Assembly (NCBI GenBank): GCA_021802705.1 | Contig: JAJZRL010000006.1 | Coordinates: 1 to 53,851, forward strand | Length of the DNA: 53,851 nucleotides | Direction of reading: 5' to 3' | Source of the DNA: a bacterium | Lineage (GTDB): Bacteria > Patescibacteriota > Minisyncoccia > Phycocordibacterales > Phycocordibacteraceae | Part shown: positions 1-9,136 of the stretch, one piece after another | Layout: each line of letters opens with the position of its first letter | Position numbering within the stretch: the stretch's first letter is position 1 | Notes under the pieces: model-generated | Databases searched by the model: none | Seen by the model: the letters and a program-made list of their open reading frames with translations, nothing else | Told to the model about the DNA's origin: nothing | Program-made: the position numbers and the translations under genes

Positions 1-127
1 CTCACTCCTAGCCATCCTCATCACCGCAGCCGTCTCCTCCGGAGCGAACGCCCTTGCCACCCAGTCCTTCACCGAACCCTCCTCTCCTCCTCCGAACAAT
101 AACGCCGACGCTCCGCTTGACGTGAGC
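1..127 (+). repeat. Direct repeat copy 1 (127 bp, identical to 53630-53756); 5' part of surface-protein paralogs
   Basis: Base-by-base identity of 1-127 with 53630-53756; a second identical block 201-225 = 53827-53851. Confidence 0.97.
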
Positions 128-544
128 GCGAACTCCCAATCGAAGTCAGCCGGCCTCCTCCTCAACACCGGAGGAGCCACAAACGGCCTCCTCGTCCAGT
201 ACGGCAACGTGGGCATCGGCACCCTGAACCCCGTCACCACCCTGAACGTTATCGGCAAGGTGGGAGCTGCCGCATACTGCGACCAGAACGGTCAGAACTG
301 CACCTCCACGCTCGGCGGCGGCCCCGTTGCCAACTACAACGACCTGCCGAGCGGGGCGGTGGCGGGGTTTTGTGAAAAACAAAGTAACGCATGTGGTGTA
401 AGTGTTCTTCCGGCATACTGTGGATCTCAAACATTGTGTACATGTCAAACTGGATTCTATAATTTGTATATGGCCTATTGGCAGACGTCGGACATACATG
501 GGCACCTCGTTACACACGAGACTTATACTTGTATCAAAAACTAG
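2..544 (+). CDS. Secreted/surface protein, 5'-partial, with Cys-rich C-terminal module
   Basis: Frame of ORF 122-544 stays open to the window edge: ..SLLAILITAAVSSGANALA (signal peptide) TQSFTEPSSPPPNNNADAPLDV..GNVGIGT..YCDQNGQNC..; 8 Cys in the C-terminal half. Confidence 0.8.
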   Translation, partial: SLLAILITAAVSSGANALATQSFTEPSSPPPNNNADAPLDVSANSQSKSAGLLLNTGGATNGLLVQYGNVGIGTLNPVTTLNVIGKVGAAAYCDQNGQNCTSTLGGGPVANYNDLPSGAVAGFCEKQSNACGVSVLPAYCGSQTLCTCQTGFYNLYMAYWQTSDIHGHLVTHETYTCIKN

Positions 545-634
545 CGGTGCGATAATTTTCACACAACAAACCCAGCGCGAACCCTTGCGCTTCGAAAACG
601 CTCGCGTACAATGGATGCATTAGCACACAGATGT

Positions 635-1111
635 ATGATGCCTGACACACACGACTCCTTCGTCTCGCAGGAGAAGTTCGATGAGATGGTGAAAGAGCTT
701 GAGCATCTCAAGACGGTTCGCCGCACCGAAATCGCGGAAAATCTCGAATACGCCCGTTCGCTCGGCGACCTCTCAGAGAATGCCGAATACCAGGAGGCCC
801 GCGATCTGCAGGCCGCGACCGAAGAGCGCATCAAGAAGCTCGAGGAATTCGTCAAGCACACGAAGATCGTTACCGATGGAAAGAAGAAGAACGAGGTCGG
901 TTTCGGCTCGAAGGTGTCGATCAGGAAAGAGGGAAGCGCCGAAACGCATGAGTATACGCTTGTCGGGAGCGAGGAAGTCGACATGCGCGTGAAGAAGCTC
1001 TCGCACCTCTCTCCGCTCGGCGCCGCGCTCATGGGGAAGAAGAAGGGCGATGTCTTCACGTTCGAGACGCCGGCCGGCAAACAGACCTACCTGATCGAGA
1101 AAGTCAGCTGA
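635..1111 (+). CDS. greA: Transcription elongation factor GreA
   Basis: GDLSENAEY motif and SPLGAALMGK C-terminal motif; start moved to MMPD. Confidence 0.95.
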   Translation: MMPDTHDSFVSQEKFDEMVKELEHLKTVRRTEIAENLEYARSLGDLSENAEYQEARDLQAATEERIKKLEEFVKHTKIVTDGKKKNEVGFGSKVSIRKEGSAETHEYTLVGSEEVDMRVKKLSHLSPLGAALMGKKKGDVFTFETPAGKQTYLIEKVS

Positions 1112-1130
1112 TAGGGTATAGTGGGAGCAC

Positions 1131-2591
1131 ATGGCTCTGCTTGAGACCGTCCGTGCCGAAAGGATAGCGAAGATAGCCCGCCTCAAAGAGGCGGGCATGA
1201 GCGCGTATCCGTCGCAGGCAAACCGCTCCCACCCGGTCGCCCTCTTTCTCAATGCACATGCGAAGCTCGAGGCGGACGGGATTCCCGTTACGCTTGCAGG
1301 ACGCGTCCTTTCCATGCGCGAGCACGGCGGCTCGCTCTTCGTCGACATCTTCGACGGAGCAAGAGGGCAGTGCTACCTCCAGCGCGACAAGCTCGGAGAG
1401 CCGCTCTATGCGCTCTTTGGCGAAACGGTCGACGTGGGCGACATCATCGAATGCACCGGCACCGCTTTTACGACCAAGCGGGGCATGCTCTCGCTCAACG
1501 TGTCGGGGTGGCGCATGCTCGCCAAGTCCATCCGGCCCTTGCCGGACGAATGGTACGGCATCAAAGACGAAGACGAACGCTACCGGAAACGCTACCTCGA
1601 TATCCTGCTCTCAAAAGACCTTTCGGACCGCTTCCGCCGCCGTTCTCTTTTCTGGAACACGTGGCGCTCGTACCTTCTCGGACAGGGCTTCGTCGAGGTG
1701 GAAACCCCCGTGCTCGAGACAGCGACCGGCGGCGCCGATGCCCGTCCGTTCGTAACGCACCACAACGCTCTCGACATGGACGTCTACCTGCGCATCTCCG
1801 CCGGCGAGCTGTGGCAGAAGCGGCTCATGGTTGCCGGCTTGCCGAAGGTTTTCGAGATCGGCCGGATATTCCGCAATGAAGGCATGTCGCACGAGCACGC
1901 GCAGGATTACACGCAGGTCGAGTTTTACGAAGCGTTCAAGGGATACGAAGCGGGCATGGACATGATCGTCGACATCTACCGCACCCTCGCGGATACCGTA
2001 TACGGCACCCAGCGCTTCAGCATAAAGGAATTCACTGTCGATCTCGGCGCATCTTGGGAGCGCTATGGCTACGGCGCTCTCGTGAAGGGCGAATTCGGGG
2101 TCGATCCGCTTGAAACGACCGCAGAAGAAGTGCGCGACGTGCTTGCGCGCCGCGCGATCCCTTTTGATGAAAAGGGATTCAATCTCGAGCGGGGCGTCGA
2201 CCTTCTCTGGAAACAGGTTCGCAAGACGCTCGGGGGGCCCGGCTTCCTTACCGGCGTACCCGTCTATCTCGAACCGCTCGCAAAGCGCAGCAGCGGGGAT
2301 CCGCGGGTCGTCGAGCGCTTCCAGGTTATCTTAGGCGGGTCCGAGATGGGAAAAGGATTCAACGAGCTGAACGACCCGCTCGACCAGGTCGATCGTTTCC
2401 GTCACCAGCAGGCGCTGCGTGAGGCCGGAGACGCTGAAGCGCAGATGAACGACGCTTCGTTCGTCGAGGCTCTTGAGTATGGCATGCCGCCCACGTTCGG
2501 GTTCGGGGTTTCCGAGAGGCTTTTCAGCGTATTTGAGGGCGTTTCGGTACGCGAGGCTCAGCTTTTCCCGCTTTTACGGCCGAAAGAATAG
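1131..2591 (+). CDS. lysS: Lysine--tRNA ligase (class II)
   Basis: OB-fold N-terminus, RYRKRYLD, GGADARPF, FRNEG, ALEYGMPPTFGFG. Confidence 0.97.
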   Translation: MALLETVRAERIAKIARLKEAGMSAYPSQANRSHPVALFLNAHAKLEADGIPVTLAGRVLSMREHGGSLFVDIFDGARGQCYLQRDKLGEPLYALFGETVDVGDIIECTGTAFTTKRGMLSLNVSGWRMLAKSIRPLPDEWYGIKDEDERYRKRYLDILLSKDLSDRFRRRSLFWNTWRSYLLGQGFVEVETPVLETATGGADARPFVTHHNALDMDVYLRISAGELWQKRLMVAGLPKVFEIGRIFRNEGMSHEHAQDYTQVEFYEAFKGYEAGMDMIVDIYRTLADTVYGTQRFSIKEFTVDLGASWERYGYGALVKGEFGVDPLETTAEEVRDVLARRAIPFDEKGFNLERGVDLLWKQVRKTLGGPGFLTGVPVYLEPLAKRSSGDPRVVERFQVILGGSEMGKGFNELNDPLDQVDRFRHQQALREAGDAEAQMNDASFVEALEYGMPPTFGFGVSERLFSVFEGVSVREAQLFPLLRPKE

Positions 2592-2604
2592 CCGCTCGGA
2601 TCGG

Positions 2605-2646
2605 CATAACGCAACCGCGCAGCTCTCGCTGCGCGGTTGCGTTATG
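2605..2646. terminator. Perfect 19-bp stem / 4-nt loop hairpin after lysS
   Basis: CATAACGCAACCGCGCAGC-TCTC-GCTGCGCGGTTGCGTTATG; no U-tract, so the terminator role is inferred. Confidence 0.6.
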
Positions 2647-2653
2647 TGGATAA
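2645..2653 (-). promoter_or_regulatory. Consensus DnaA box upstream of the mraZ promoter
   Basis: TGTGGATAA = reverse complement of TTATCCACA, intergenic. Confidence 0.55.
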
Positions 2654-2666
2654 CCAGACCGCCGGT

Positions 2667-2711
2667 GTGGGGGAGAGTGGGATATAATCCAAGAATGGTC
2701 AGCGAAGTGGG
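2667..2711 (+). promoter_or_regulatory. mraZ promoter (-10 TATAAT 2683-2688) with MraZ-type GTGGG repeats
   Basis: GTGGG at 2667, 2677 and 2707 (10-bp phasing) around TATAAT. Confidence 0.65.
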
Positions 2712-2756
2712 AAGCGGGAGTGGTGGCCGGCTTCCTTCTCCGAAGAACCATTCCCT

Positions 2757-3191
2757 ATGTTCCTCGGCGAATACCTTCACACATTCGATTCAAAGAATAG
2801 GATTTCCATCCCTTCGAAATTCCGGAAGGATCTGGGCCGCGTCGTTGTCGTAACGCGCGGCCTCGATCATTGCTTGTACGTCTATTCGCGGAAGGCGTGG
2901 GAAAAAGAGGCGCGCGCATACGCGGCTGATGTAAACGGCAGCGCGGCGCGGCGCGGCCTGGCGCGGCTCTTCCTTGCCGGCTCTTCCGAGGTCGAAGTCG
3001 ACCGGTCGGGTCGCGTGCTCATTCCCGAACATCTCAAATCTTTCGCGTCCATTTCCGAGAAGGCTGTTGTCGCCGGTATCGCCGACAGGGTCGAAATATG
3101 GGAAGAAGGGGCGTGGGAGAAATATACCGCCGGGATCGAACGGGATGCCGACGCTTTTGCGGAGAAAGTCGGCGCGCAAGCGCAAAACTGA
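2757..3191 (+). CDS. mraZ: Division/cell wall cluster transcriptional repressor MraZ
   Basis: MFLGEYLHTFDSKNRISIP and DRSGRVLIP repeats; first gene of the dcw block. Confidence 0.97.
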   Translation: MFLGEYLHTFDSKNRISIPSKFRKDLGRVVVVTRGLDHCLYVYSRKAWEKEARAYAADVNGSAARRGLARLFLAGSSEVEVDRSGRVLIPEHLKSFASISEKAVVAGIADRVEIWEEGAWEKYTAGIERDADAFAEKVGAQAQN

Positions 3192-3192
3192 T

Positions 3193-4155
3193 ATGGAAGC
3201 CCGTCACGACAGTGTGCTCATGCGTGAAGTGCTCGAGACACTCGACGTGCAGCCCTCCGACACTGTCGTTGATGCCACGCTCGGCGGAGCGGGGCATTTT
3301 GCCGCGCTCCTCTCCATGCTCGGCGAAGACGGCACGATCATCGGCATCGATGCGGACGCGGCGGCGGTCGAGCGGGCGCGGTCGGCATACGCGGCCGATC
3401 GCCGACCCCATCGCCCCGTCGCGCATCTTATAAACGACAACTTCCGCAACTTGTCGCGTATCCTCGAGAGGCTCGGGATCGTCTCGGCCGACAAGATGCT
3501 CTTCGACCTGGGATGGAGCGGTTACCAGATCGCCGCGCCGCGCGGGTTCTCTTTTCAGAGAGAAGACGATCCTCTCCTTATGAACTACGACGAGAACGGC
3601 GAAGCGGCGGCTGATATCGTCAACTCCTCTTCGGAGGAAGAGCTCGCGCGTATCATCTTCACGTATGGGGAAGAGCGGTTTTCGCGCGGTATCGCCCGTG
3701 CGATAGTCGCGGCGCGCTCTCGGGAACGCATCCTCACGACCGGGGCGCTCGCTGCGGCGGTCCTTGCTGGAACGCCGGCGTGGTATCACAAGCAGAAGAC
3801 CAATCCGGCAACCAAGACTTTCCAGGCTCTCCGCATCGCTGTCAATGACGAGCTTGCGAGCCTGCGCGAAGGGCTCGGCGCGTCGCTGAAAGTACTCACC
3901 GCTTCCGGGCGGCTGGCGGTCATTTCCTTCCATAGCATCGAGGACCGCATCGTGAAGAACGTTTTTCGCGATGCCGTACACGCGGGGCTTGGTTCGCTCT
4001 CGCCGAAGAAACCGATTGTCCCTTCGCGCGAAGAGATCCTTGCGAATCACCGTGCGCGAAGCGCGAAGCTTCGCGTTTTCGAGCGTAACGCGAGTACGAT
4101 GTCTGTCGATATCGCCGGCGCGGAAATGTCGCCCGCCCGCTTTTCTTATGTATAG
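3193..4155 (+). CDS. rsmH: 16S rRNA m4C1402 methyltransferase RsmH
   Basis: DATLGGAGH, RGFSF, FQALRIAVNDE, SFHSIEDRIVK, RARSAKLR; start MEARH at 3193. Confidence 0.97.
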   Translation: MEARHDSVLMREVLETLDVQPSDTVVDATLGGAGHFAALLSMLGEDGTIIGIDADAAAVERARSAYAADRRPHRPVAHLINDNFRNLSRILERLGIVSADKMLFDLGWSGYQIAAPRGFSFQREDDPLLMNYDENGEAAADIVNSSSEEELARIIFTYGEERFSRGIARAIVAARSRERILTTGALAAAVLAGTPAWYHKQKTNPATKTFQALRIAVNDELASLREGLGASLKVLTASGRLAVISFHSIEDRIVKNVFRDAVHAGLGSLSPKKPIVPSREEILANHRARSAKLRVFERNASTMSVDIAGAEMSPARFSYV

Positions 4156-4441
4156 ATTCCACTATCGCCTCCCGTTCCCTTTCGTGTCGCTGTGTCTCGG
4201 CAGTATCGCGGTCCTGGCTGTCGCCTATATCGGACTCATCGCTGTCGTCATGAGCTACGCTGCTTCCACTGTCGAGTTCGCGCAGTCGGTCAGGAACGAC
4301 GAAGCCTCTGTCGCGAGTCTCGAGTCGCGATATCTCGCTGCGGTGGCGAGCATCACGAATACGGATTACACCGCCGAGGGGTATGCCAAACCTGTAGCCG
4401 AAGCATTCGTCCCGTCAGCGAGCATGACCGCCTTGCGTTAG
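4148..4441 (+). CDS. ftsL: Probable FtsL-like cell division protein (single TM + coiled coil)
   Basis: One N-terminal TM then a helical segment; position between rsmH and ftsI; assignment is positional. Confidence 0.6.
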   Translation: MYRFHYRLPFPFVSLCLGSIAVLAVAYIGLIAVVMSYAASTVEFAQSVRNDEASVASLESRYLAAVASITNTDYTAEGYAKPVAEAFVPSASMTALR

Positions 4442-4445
4442 GCGT

Positions 4446-6191
4446 ATGCGCGCGCAGTTCCGTACCCGTATCCGTCTTGTCCTTGCCTGCATCGTCTTTG
4501 TTGCGCTCCTTATCCTTACGCGTCTGTATTTCATCCAGATCGTGCATGGGCAGGAGTATTCCCAGAAAGCGGATTCCCAGTTCGCCTCGGGCGGAAGCGG
4601 GCTTTTTGACAGGGGCTCCATCTATTTCACCCGTAAGGACGGGACGCTCATCTCGGCGGCGACGCTCGCGAGCGGTTTTCTTGTCGCCATAAATCCGCAG
4701 ACGCTCGCCGACCCTGAGGCGGCATATATGGCGATAGATGCTGTCGCTTCCACGACGCTTGCATTCGATCACGCCGGCTTCCTTGCCGCCGCGGCAAAGA
4801 AATCGCAGGTGTATATCGAAGTCGCGCACCATCTTTCCGACGCTGCGGGACAGACGCTCGCCGCGGAGAATATCCCCGGCGTCGAGGTCTTGCGCGAGCG
4901 CTGGCGCTACTATCCTGGCGGATCGCTCGCCGCACAATCGATCGGCATCGTCTCGTACGGCTCGGGCGACGTGCTTTCCGGCCAGACCGGCCTCGAGGCG
5001 ACGTATGACGAAACGCTCTCGCGCTCGGGGAATTCGCTCTATAAGAATTTTTTCGCCGAGCTTTTCTCGAATGTCGGGAATCTCCTCGTCAACGCGCAGG
5101 ATGCGCGCGAGGGTGATGTCGTAACGACGATCGAACCTGAAGTCGAGACGCGGCTCGAGACCGACCTTGCGAAGATAACCACGACGTATTCGAGCCAGAG
5201 TTCCGGGGGCATCATCATGGATCCATCGACCGGTGCTATCATTGCGCTTGCGACCTATCCGACTTTCGACGGGAATGATCTCCAGAACATCGATCCGCAA
5301 CGCTTGAGCAATCAGCTGGTCGAGCACGTCTACGAATTCGGTTCCATCATGAAGCCGATCACCATGGCGTCGGCGCTTTCGGCAGGCGTCATAACCCCGC
5401 AGACGACCTACAACGATACCGGCTGCATCATCGTCGATAAGGCGCGCATCTGCAACTGGAATTACAAGCCGTACGGAGTCATCCCGATGCAGACGATCAT
5501 CGAGCAGTCGCTTAACGTCGGCGCTTCGTGGGTGGCGGAACAGCTCGGACAGACCCAGTTCAGGGCGTACTTCACCAAGATTTTCGGACAGAAGACCGGC
5601 ATCGATCTTCCGAACGAGACGGACGCGCTCATCGGGAACCTCTTTAAACCGCAACAGGTGTATTATGATACTGCGGCTTTTGGCGAGGGTATTGCCGTGA
5701 CGCCGATACAGATGATTCGCGCGCTTGCCGCGGTAGCAAACGGAGGCATCCTGGTGGAACCGCATCTCGTGAGCGCGATACGTCTTGATTCCGGTATCGT
5801 CCGCCCGCTCGACTGGGGGGAAGGTACTCGGGTCTTTTCCGGTACTGCCGCCCGGGATACGACTGTCATGATGGATGCGCTCTTCGACCACACGCTCGAC
5901 GGCGGGAAAGCGATGATCCCCACGATGTCCGTCGCGGCGAAGACGGGAACCGCACAATTGCCGACGCCGACGGGTACCTACTACACCAACCGTTTCTTCC
6001 ATTCCGAGGTAGCGTTCTTCCCGTCGTTCAATCCCCGTTTCATCATCTTGCTGTATACGAATGATCCGAAGGGGGTTGAATACGCGTCAAAGAGCCTGAC
6101 ACCGTCGCTGCTCGACCTGACGCACTTCCTTATCGACTACTACGCCATACCGCCTGATCGCGGTTTTGCAACCGTAACGCCATCCGTATGA
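4446..6191 (+). CDS. ftsI: Class B penicillin-binding protein (FtsI/PBP2 family)
   Basis: N-terminal TM, RGSI, RYYP, SxxK (SIMK), SxN (SLN), KTG. Confidence 0.92.
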   Translation: MRAQFRTRIRLVLACIVFVALLILTRLYFIQIVHGQEYSQKADSQFASGGSGLFDRGSIYFTRKDGTLISAATLASGFLVAINPQTLADPEAAYMAIDAVASTTLAFDHAGFLAAAAKKSQVYIEVAHHLSDAAGQTLAAENIPGVEVLRERWRYYPGGSLAAQSIGIVSYGSGDVLSGQTGLEATYDETLSRSGNSLYKNFFAELFSNVGNLLVNAQDAREGDVVTTIEPEVETRLETDLAKITTTYSSQSSGGIIMDPSTGAIIALATYPTFDGNDLQNIDPQRLSNQLVEHVYEFGSIMKPITMASALSAGVITPQTTYNDTGCIIVDKARICNWNYKPYGVIPMQTIIEQSLNVGASWVAEQLGQTQFRAYFTKIFGQKTGIDLPNETDALIGNLFKPQQVYYDTAAFGEGIAVTPIQMIRALAAVANGGILVEPHLVSAIRLDSGIVRPLDWGEGTRVFSGTAARDTTVMMDALFDHTLDGGKAMIPTMSVAAKTGTAQLPTPTGTYYTNRFFHSEVAFFPSFNPRFIILLYTNDPKGVEYASKSLTPSLLDLTHFLIDYYAIPPDRGFATVTPSV

Positions 6192-7462
6192 AAAATATCT
6201 TGAAACATATCGTCGCTTTCGCACTCGGACTTCTCGCGCGTGCCGTCGTGCAGCGATATCGTCCGCATATCGTGATGGTGACCGGCTCGGTAGGGAAGAC
6301 GTCGACGAAAGACGCGGTCGCGGCGGTGCTTACCGCGCGGTTTCTCGTTCGCAAGAGCGAGAAGAGCTTTAACAGCGAGTTCGGCGTCCCCTTTACCATC
6401 CTTGGCGTAGGGAATCCGTGGGGCAATCCTTTCGCATGGTTTTCCGTCGTGAAGAGCGCGTTCGCTCTCCTCTTCCTCCCCAATCACTATCCGAACATGC
6501 TCGTGCTTGAGATTGGTGCCGACCGACCCGGCGATCTCGCTCGGATATTGCGCATCGCGACGCCGGAAGCGGTTGTCGTGACCAGGCTGCCTCAGATACC
6601 GGTGCATGTCGAAGCCTATTCTTCTCCGGAGGCGGTACGGGAAGAAGAGTTTTCTCCCGCATACGCTCTCCGCGCGGGAGCGCCGCTTATCATCCCTTCT
6701 GACGACGCATATGCGCTCGATATGGCAGCGCGCATCCCGGCTTGCGTGATTTCGTATGGCACCGCAGAGGACGCGACCGTGCGTATCGGCGAGGCGGAGT
6801 TCCACGAGACTGACGGAGCCGTCGACGGGATGAGCACCCGTGTCCGCGTGGGAGAGGCGAACGAGGGTCTTTTCGTGCGAGGCTCGGTAGGGAGGACCCA
6901 GCTTCTTCCTGCGGCCGCCGCGCTCGCCATAGCGGTCGCTTTCGACATAGAGACTCTCGACGCGCTCCGTGCGCTCGGGGAATACGACCCCCCGCCCGGC
7001 CGCGGACGGCTCTTGCGCGGGAAGAACGGCTCGATCGTCATCGACGATTCATATAACGCATCTCCCGCGGCTGTCGAAGAGGCGCTTACGACCTTGAAAG
7101 CGTTTCCGCACGCGAAGCGGCGCATCGCCGTCCTTGGCGATATGCTCGAACTCGGACGCTATTCGGTGATGGAACATGAACGCATCGGCGCTCTCGCTCG
7201 GGATTCCGCCGACATCGTCGCGGCCGTCGGGATTCGCGCCCGCATCTTTGTTGACACGCAAGGGAGCGCCGAGGTGATCCTTTTCGATAACGCGAGGGTC
7301 GCGGCGCATTCGCTTGCCGAACTTGCGCGCGACGGAGACGTTTTCCTCGTGAAAGGCTCGCAGTCCGTTCGCATGGAACGCATCGTCGAGGCTTTGCTCG
7401 CCGATCCGGTTGATACGGTACGGCTCGTGCGTCAGGAGAAAGCGTGGCGCCGCCGCGTGTAG
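6188..7462 (+). CDS. murF: UDP-N-acetylmuramoyl-tripeptide--D-Ala-D-Ala ligase MurF
   Basis: VTGSVGKTSTK P-loop, DDSYNASP, LGDMLELG, VKGSQ. Confidence 0.92.
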   Translation: MKNILKHIVAFALGLLARAVVQRYRPHIVMVTGSVGKTSTKDAVAAVLTARFLVRKSEKSFNSEFGVPFTILGVGNPWGNPFAWFSVVKSAFALLFLPNHYPNMLVLEIGADRPGDLARILRIATPEAVVVTRLPQIPVHVEAYSSPEAVREEEFSPAYALRAGAPLIIPSDDAYALDMAARIPACVISYGTAEDATVRIGEAEFHETDGAVDGMSTRVRVGEANEGLFVRGSVGRTQLLPAAAALAIAVAFDIETLDALRALGEYDPPPGRGRLLRGKNGSIVIDDSYNASPAAVEEALTTLKAFPHAKRRIAVLGDMLELGRYSVMEHERIGALARDSADIVAAVGIRARIFVDTQGSAEVILFDNARVAAHSLAELARDGDVFLVKGSQSVRMERIVEALLADPVDTVRLVRQEKAWRRRV

Positions 7463-7497
7463 CGCTTCAAGAGCCTATTTGTTATAAACAATTCTAA

Positions 7498-7572
7498 GGC
7501 CCTATCGTCTAACGGTTAGGACAGCGCCCTCTCACGGCGTAAATCGGGGTTCGATTCCCCGTAGGGTCACCA
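7498..7572 (+). tRNA. tRNA-Glu (anticodon CTC), CCA encoded
   Basis: Cloverleaf: acceptor GGCCCTA/TAGGGTC, anticodon arm GCGCC-CTCTCAC-GGCGT, T-arm CGGGG-TTCGATT-CCCCG. Confidence 0.96.
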
Positions 7573-7840
7573 GTTTAGAAGAATCGGTACCAACCGTCTC
7601 ATTTAGCTCGAAAACAAGCGACATTTTCGTGGTTCCAAATTCTATTCCATCAAAAGTGGTTTTCTGAGGAAATACAAGTTTTTGGAACCGCGCACGATAC
7701 GCTGGCATCTTCTCAAGCTCGGCCCAGGTCTTGCCGCTATCTCGTACAAAGTTAAAGCAATAGTTCAGGGCGTCTTCCATATTGAGTTCCTCGATGCGTT
7801 TCTCCTCTAGTAGCAATTTCTTTTGCTGAATCAGCAGAAA
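7532..7840 (-). pseudogene. C-terminal remnant of a site-specific (probably large serine) recombinase reading into tRNA-Glu
   Basis: AT-richer segment; ..ALNYCFNFV..TW..RFQKLVFP..FDG..FGTT..KLVTLRGIEPRFTP ends antisense inside the tRNA 3' half; no catalytic N-terminus; family assignment from recall. Confidence 0.6.
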
Positions 7841-7900
7841 TACGGCGTCGTCGGCATCCGCCTTGGACTGCTTGATTAACCGGACAGAAAGCCGCTTTCT

Positions 7901-9136
7901 TTAGCCGGCTTCGGTATCAGCGCTCGCGATCTCGATAAGCCGTTCTATCTTCGCCATCCTTTCTTTCGTGCGCGGCGCTCCGACCTTGATGCCGAGCGTT
8001 CCGAACGCAAACGCGAGATCGGCGATAAAGGTGTCCATCGTTTCGCCGCTCCGATGGCTTACGATGCAATCGATCCCGTGTTTCCGGGCGAGACCCATGG
8101 TCTCCAGGGTCTCGCTTATGGTCCCTATCTGGTTCGGCTTGATGATGACGGCACGGATGCTCCGCTTGTCGATCGCTTTTTGCAGGCGCCACGCGTTCGT
8201 CGTCGTGAGGTCGTCGCCGACGATCCTCGTGTCAGGCAAGGCGGCCTGCAATCCCGCGAATGCTTCGAAATCCTGCTCTTCAAACGGGTCTTCGATCGAA
8301 AACAGGTCGTACGTAGCGGCGTATTCCGCGATTTTCGCACCGAGTTCTTCGGAAGAGAGGGTATGTTCTCCGATGCGATAGGAGCCGTCGCTCCAAAACG
8401 AGCTTGCGGCGATGTCGAGAGCGATCTCGAAGGAGCCCTGGTTTTTGAGCGAATCCCGGACTTCGCTCAGTATCCTGAGGGGAATCTCGGTATCTTCGAC
8501 ATCGAGCGCGACGCCGCCCTCGTCGCCGATGGCCCATGCGCCCTGGTGCCGGTTCGTAACGTGTTCTTCGACGCGCCGCAATGCTTCGACGCCCATAGAA
8601 AGCGCCTCTTGCGGCGACTCCGTCTGCGGGACGATCAGGTACTCCTGGAAAGCGAGCCGGGTAGAGGCGTGCATCCCTCCGTTTATGAGATTCATGTACA
8701 AAAATGGCGCGATCCGGTTTGATGGCGGGATATCGGCGAGCGACCGGAGATACTCGTACAGCTCGATACCGGAGCTTGCGGCGGCAGCTCGGCAGACCGC
8801 TCCGCTTACGCCGATCGTCGAGTTTCCGCCGAGCCTCGATTTACGCTCGGTTCCGTCAAGCGCTATCAACGCAGCATCTATTTTTCCTTGCTCGGCAACC
8901 TCCATTCCGCGAAGCGCGTCATTAACCTCGGTCGCGATGTGGCGGATAGCCGTGAGGACGTGCCCTCCCGAGGCGGATTCATCCCGGAGCTCGACAGCCT
9001 CTGTCGCACCCGTGCTTGCTCCGGAGGGTACCGCGAAAGAGCCCTTCGTGCCGTCCTCGCAGGAGACGGTCACATATAACGTCGGATTGCCGCGAGAGTC
9101 CCGTATCTCCTCGGCGGATATCGAGGCGATCTTCAT
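7901..9136 (-). CDS. eno: Enolase
   Basis: DSRGNPT, VPSGASTG, GDEGG, SIEDPF, VGDDL, IKPNQIG, SHRSGET. Confidence 0.97.
   Translation of the reverse strand: MKIASISAEEIRDSRGNPTLYVTVSCEDGTKGSFAVPSGASTGATEAVELRDESASGGHVLTAIRHIATEVNDALRGMEVAEQGKIDAALIALDGTERKSRLGGNSTIGVSGAVCRAAAASSGIELYEYLRSLADIPPSNRIAPFLYMNLINGGMHASTRLAFQEYLIVPQTESPQEALSMGVEALRRVEEHVTNRHQGAWAIGDEGGVALDVEDTEIPLRILSEVRDSLKNQGSFEIALDIAASSFWSDGSYRIGEHTLSSEELGAKIAEYAATYDLFSIEDPFEEQDFEAFAGLQAALPDTRIVGDDLTTTNAWRLQKAIDKRSIRAVIIKPNQIGTISETLETMGLARKHGIDCIVSHRSGETMDTFIADLAFAFGTLGIKVGAPRTKERMAKIERLIEIASADTEAG

Noticed and set aside
128-200. Terminal paralogs as a DGR template/variable repeat pair
   Set aside because: Mismatches involve all four bases plus a 3-bp indel, are not adenine-specific, and no reverse transcriptase is present
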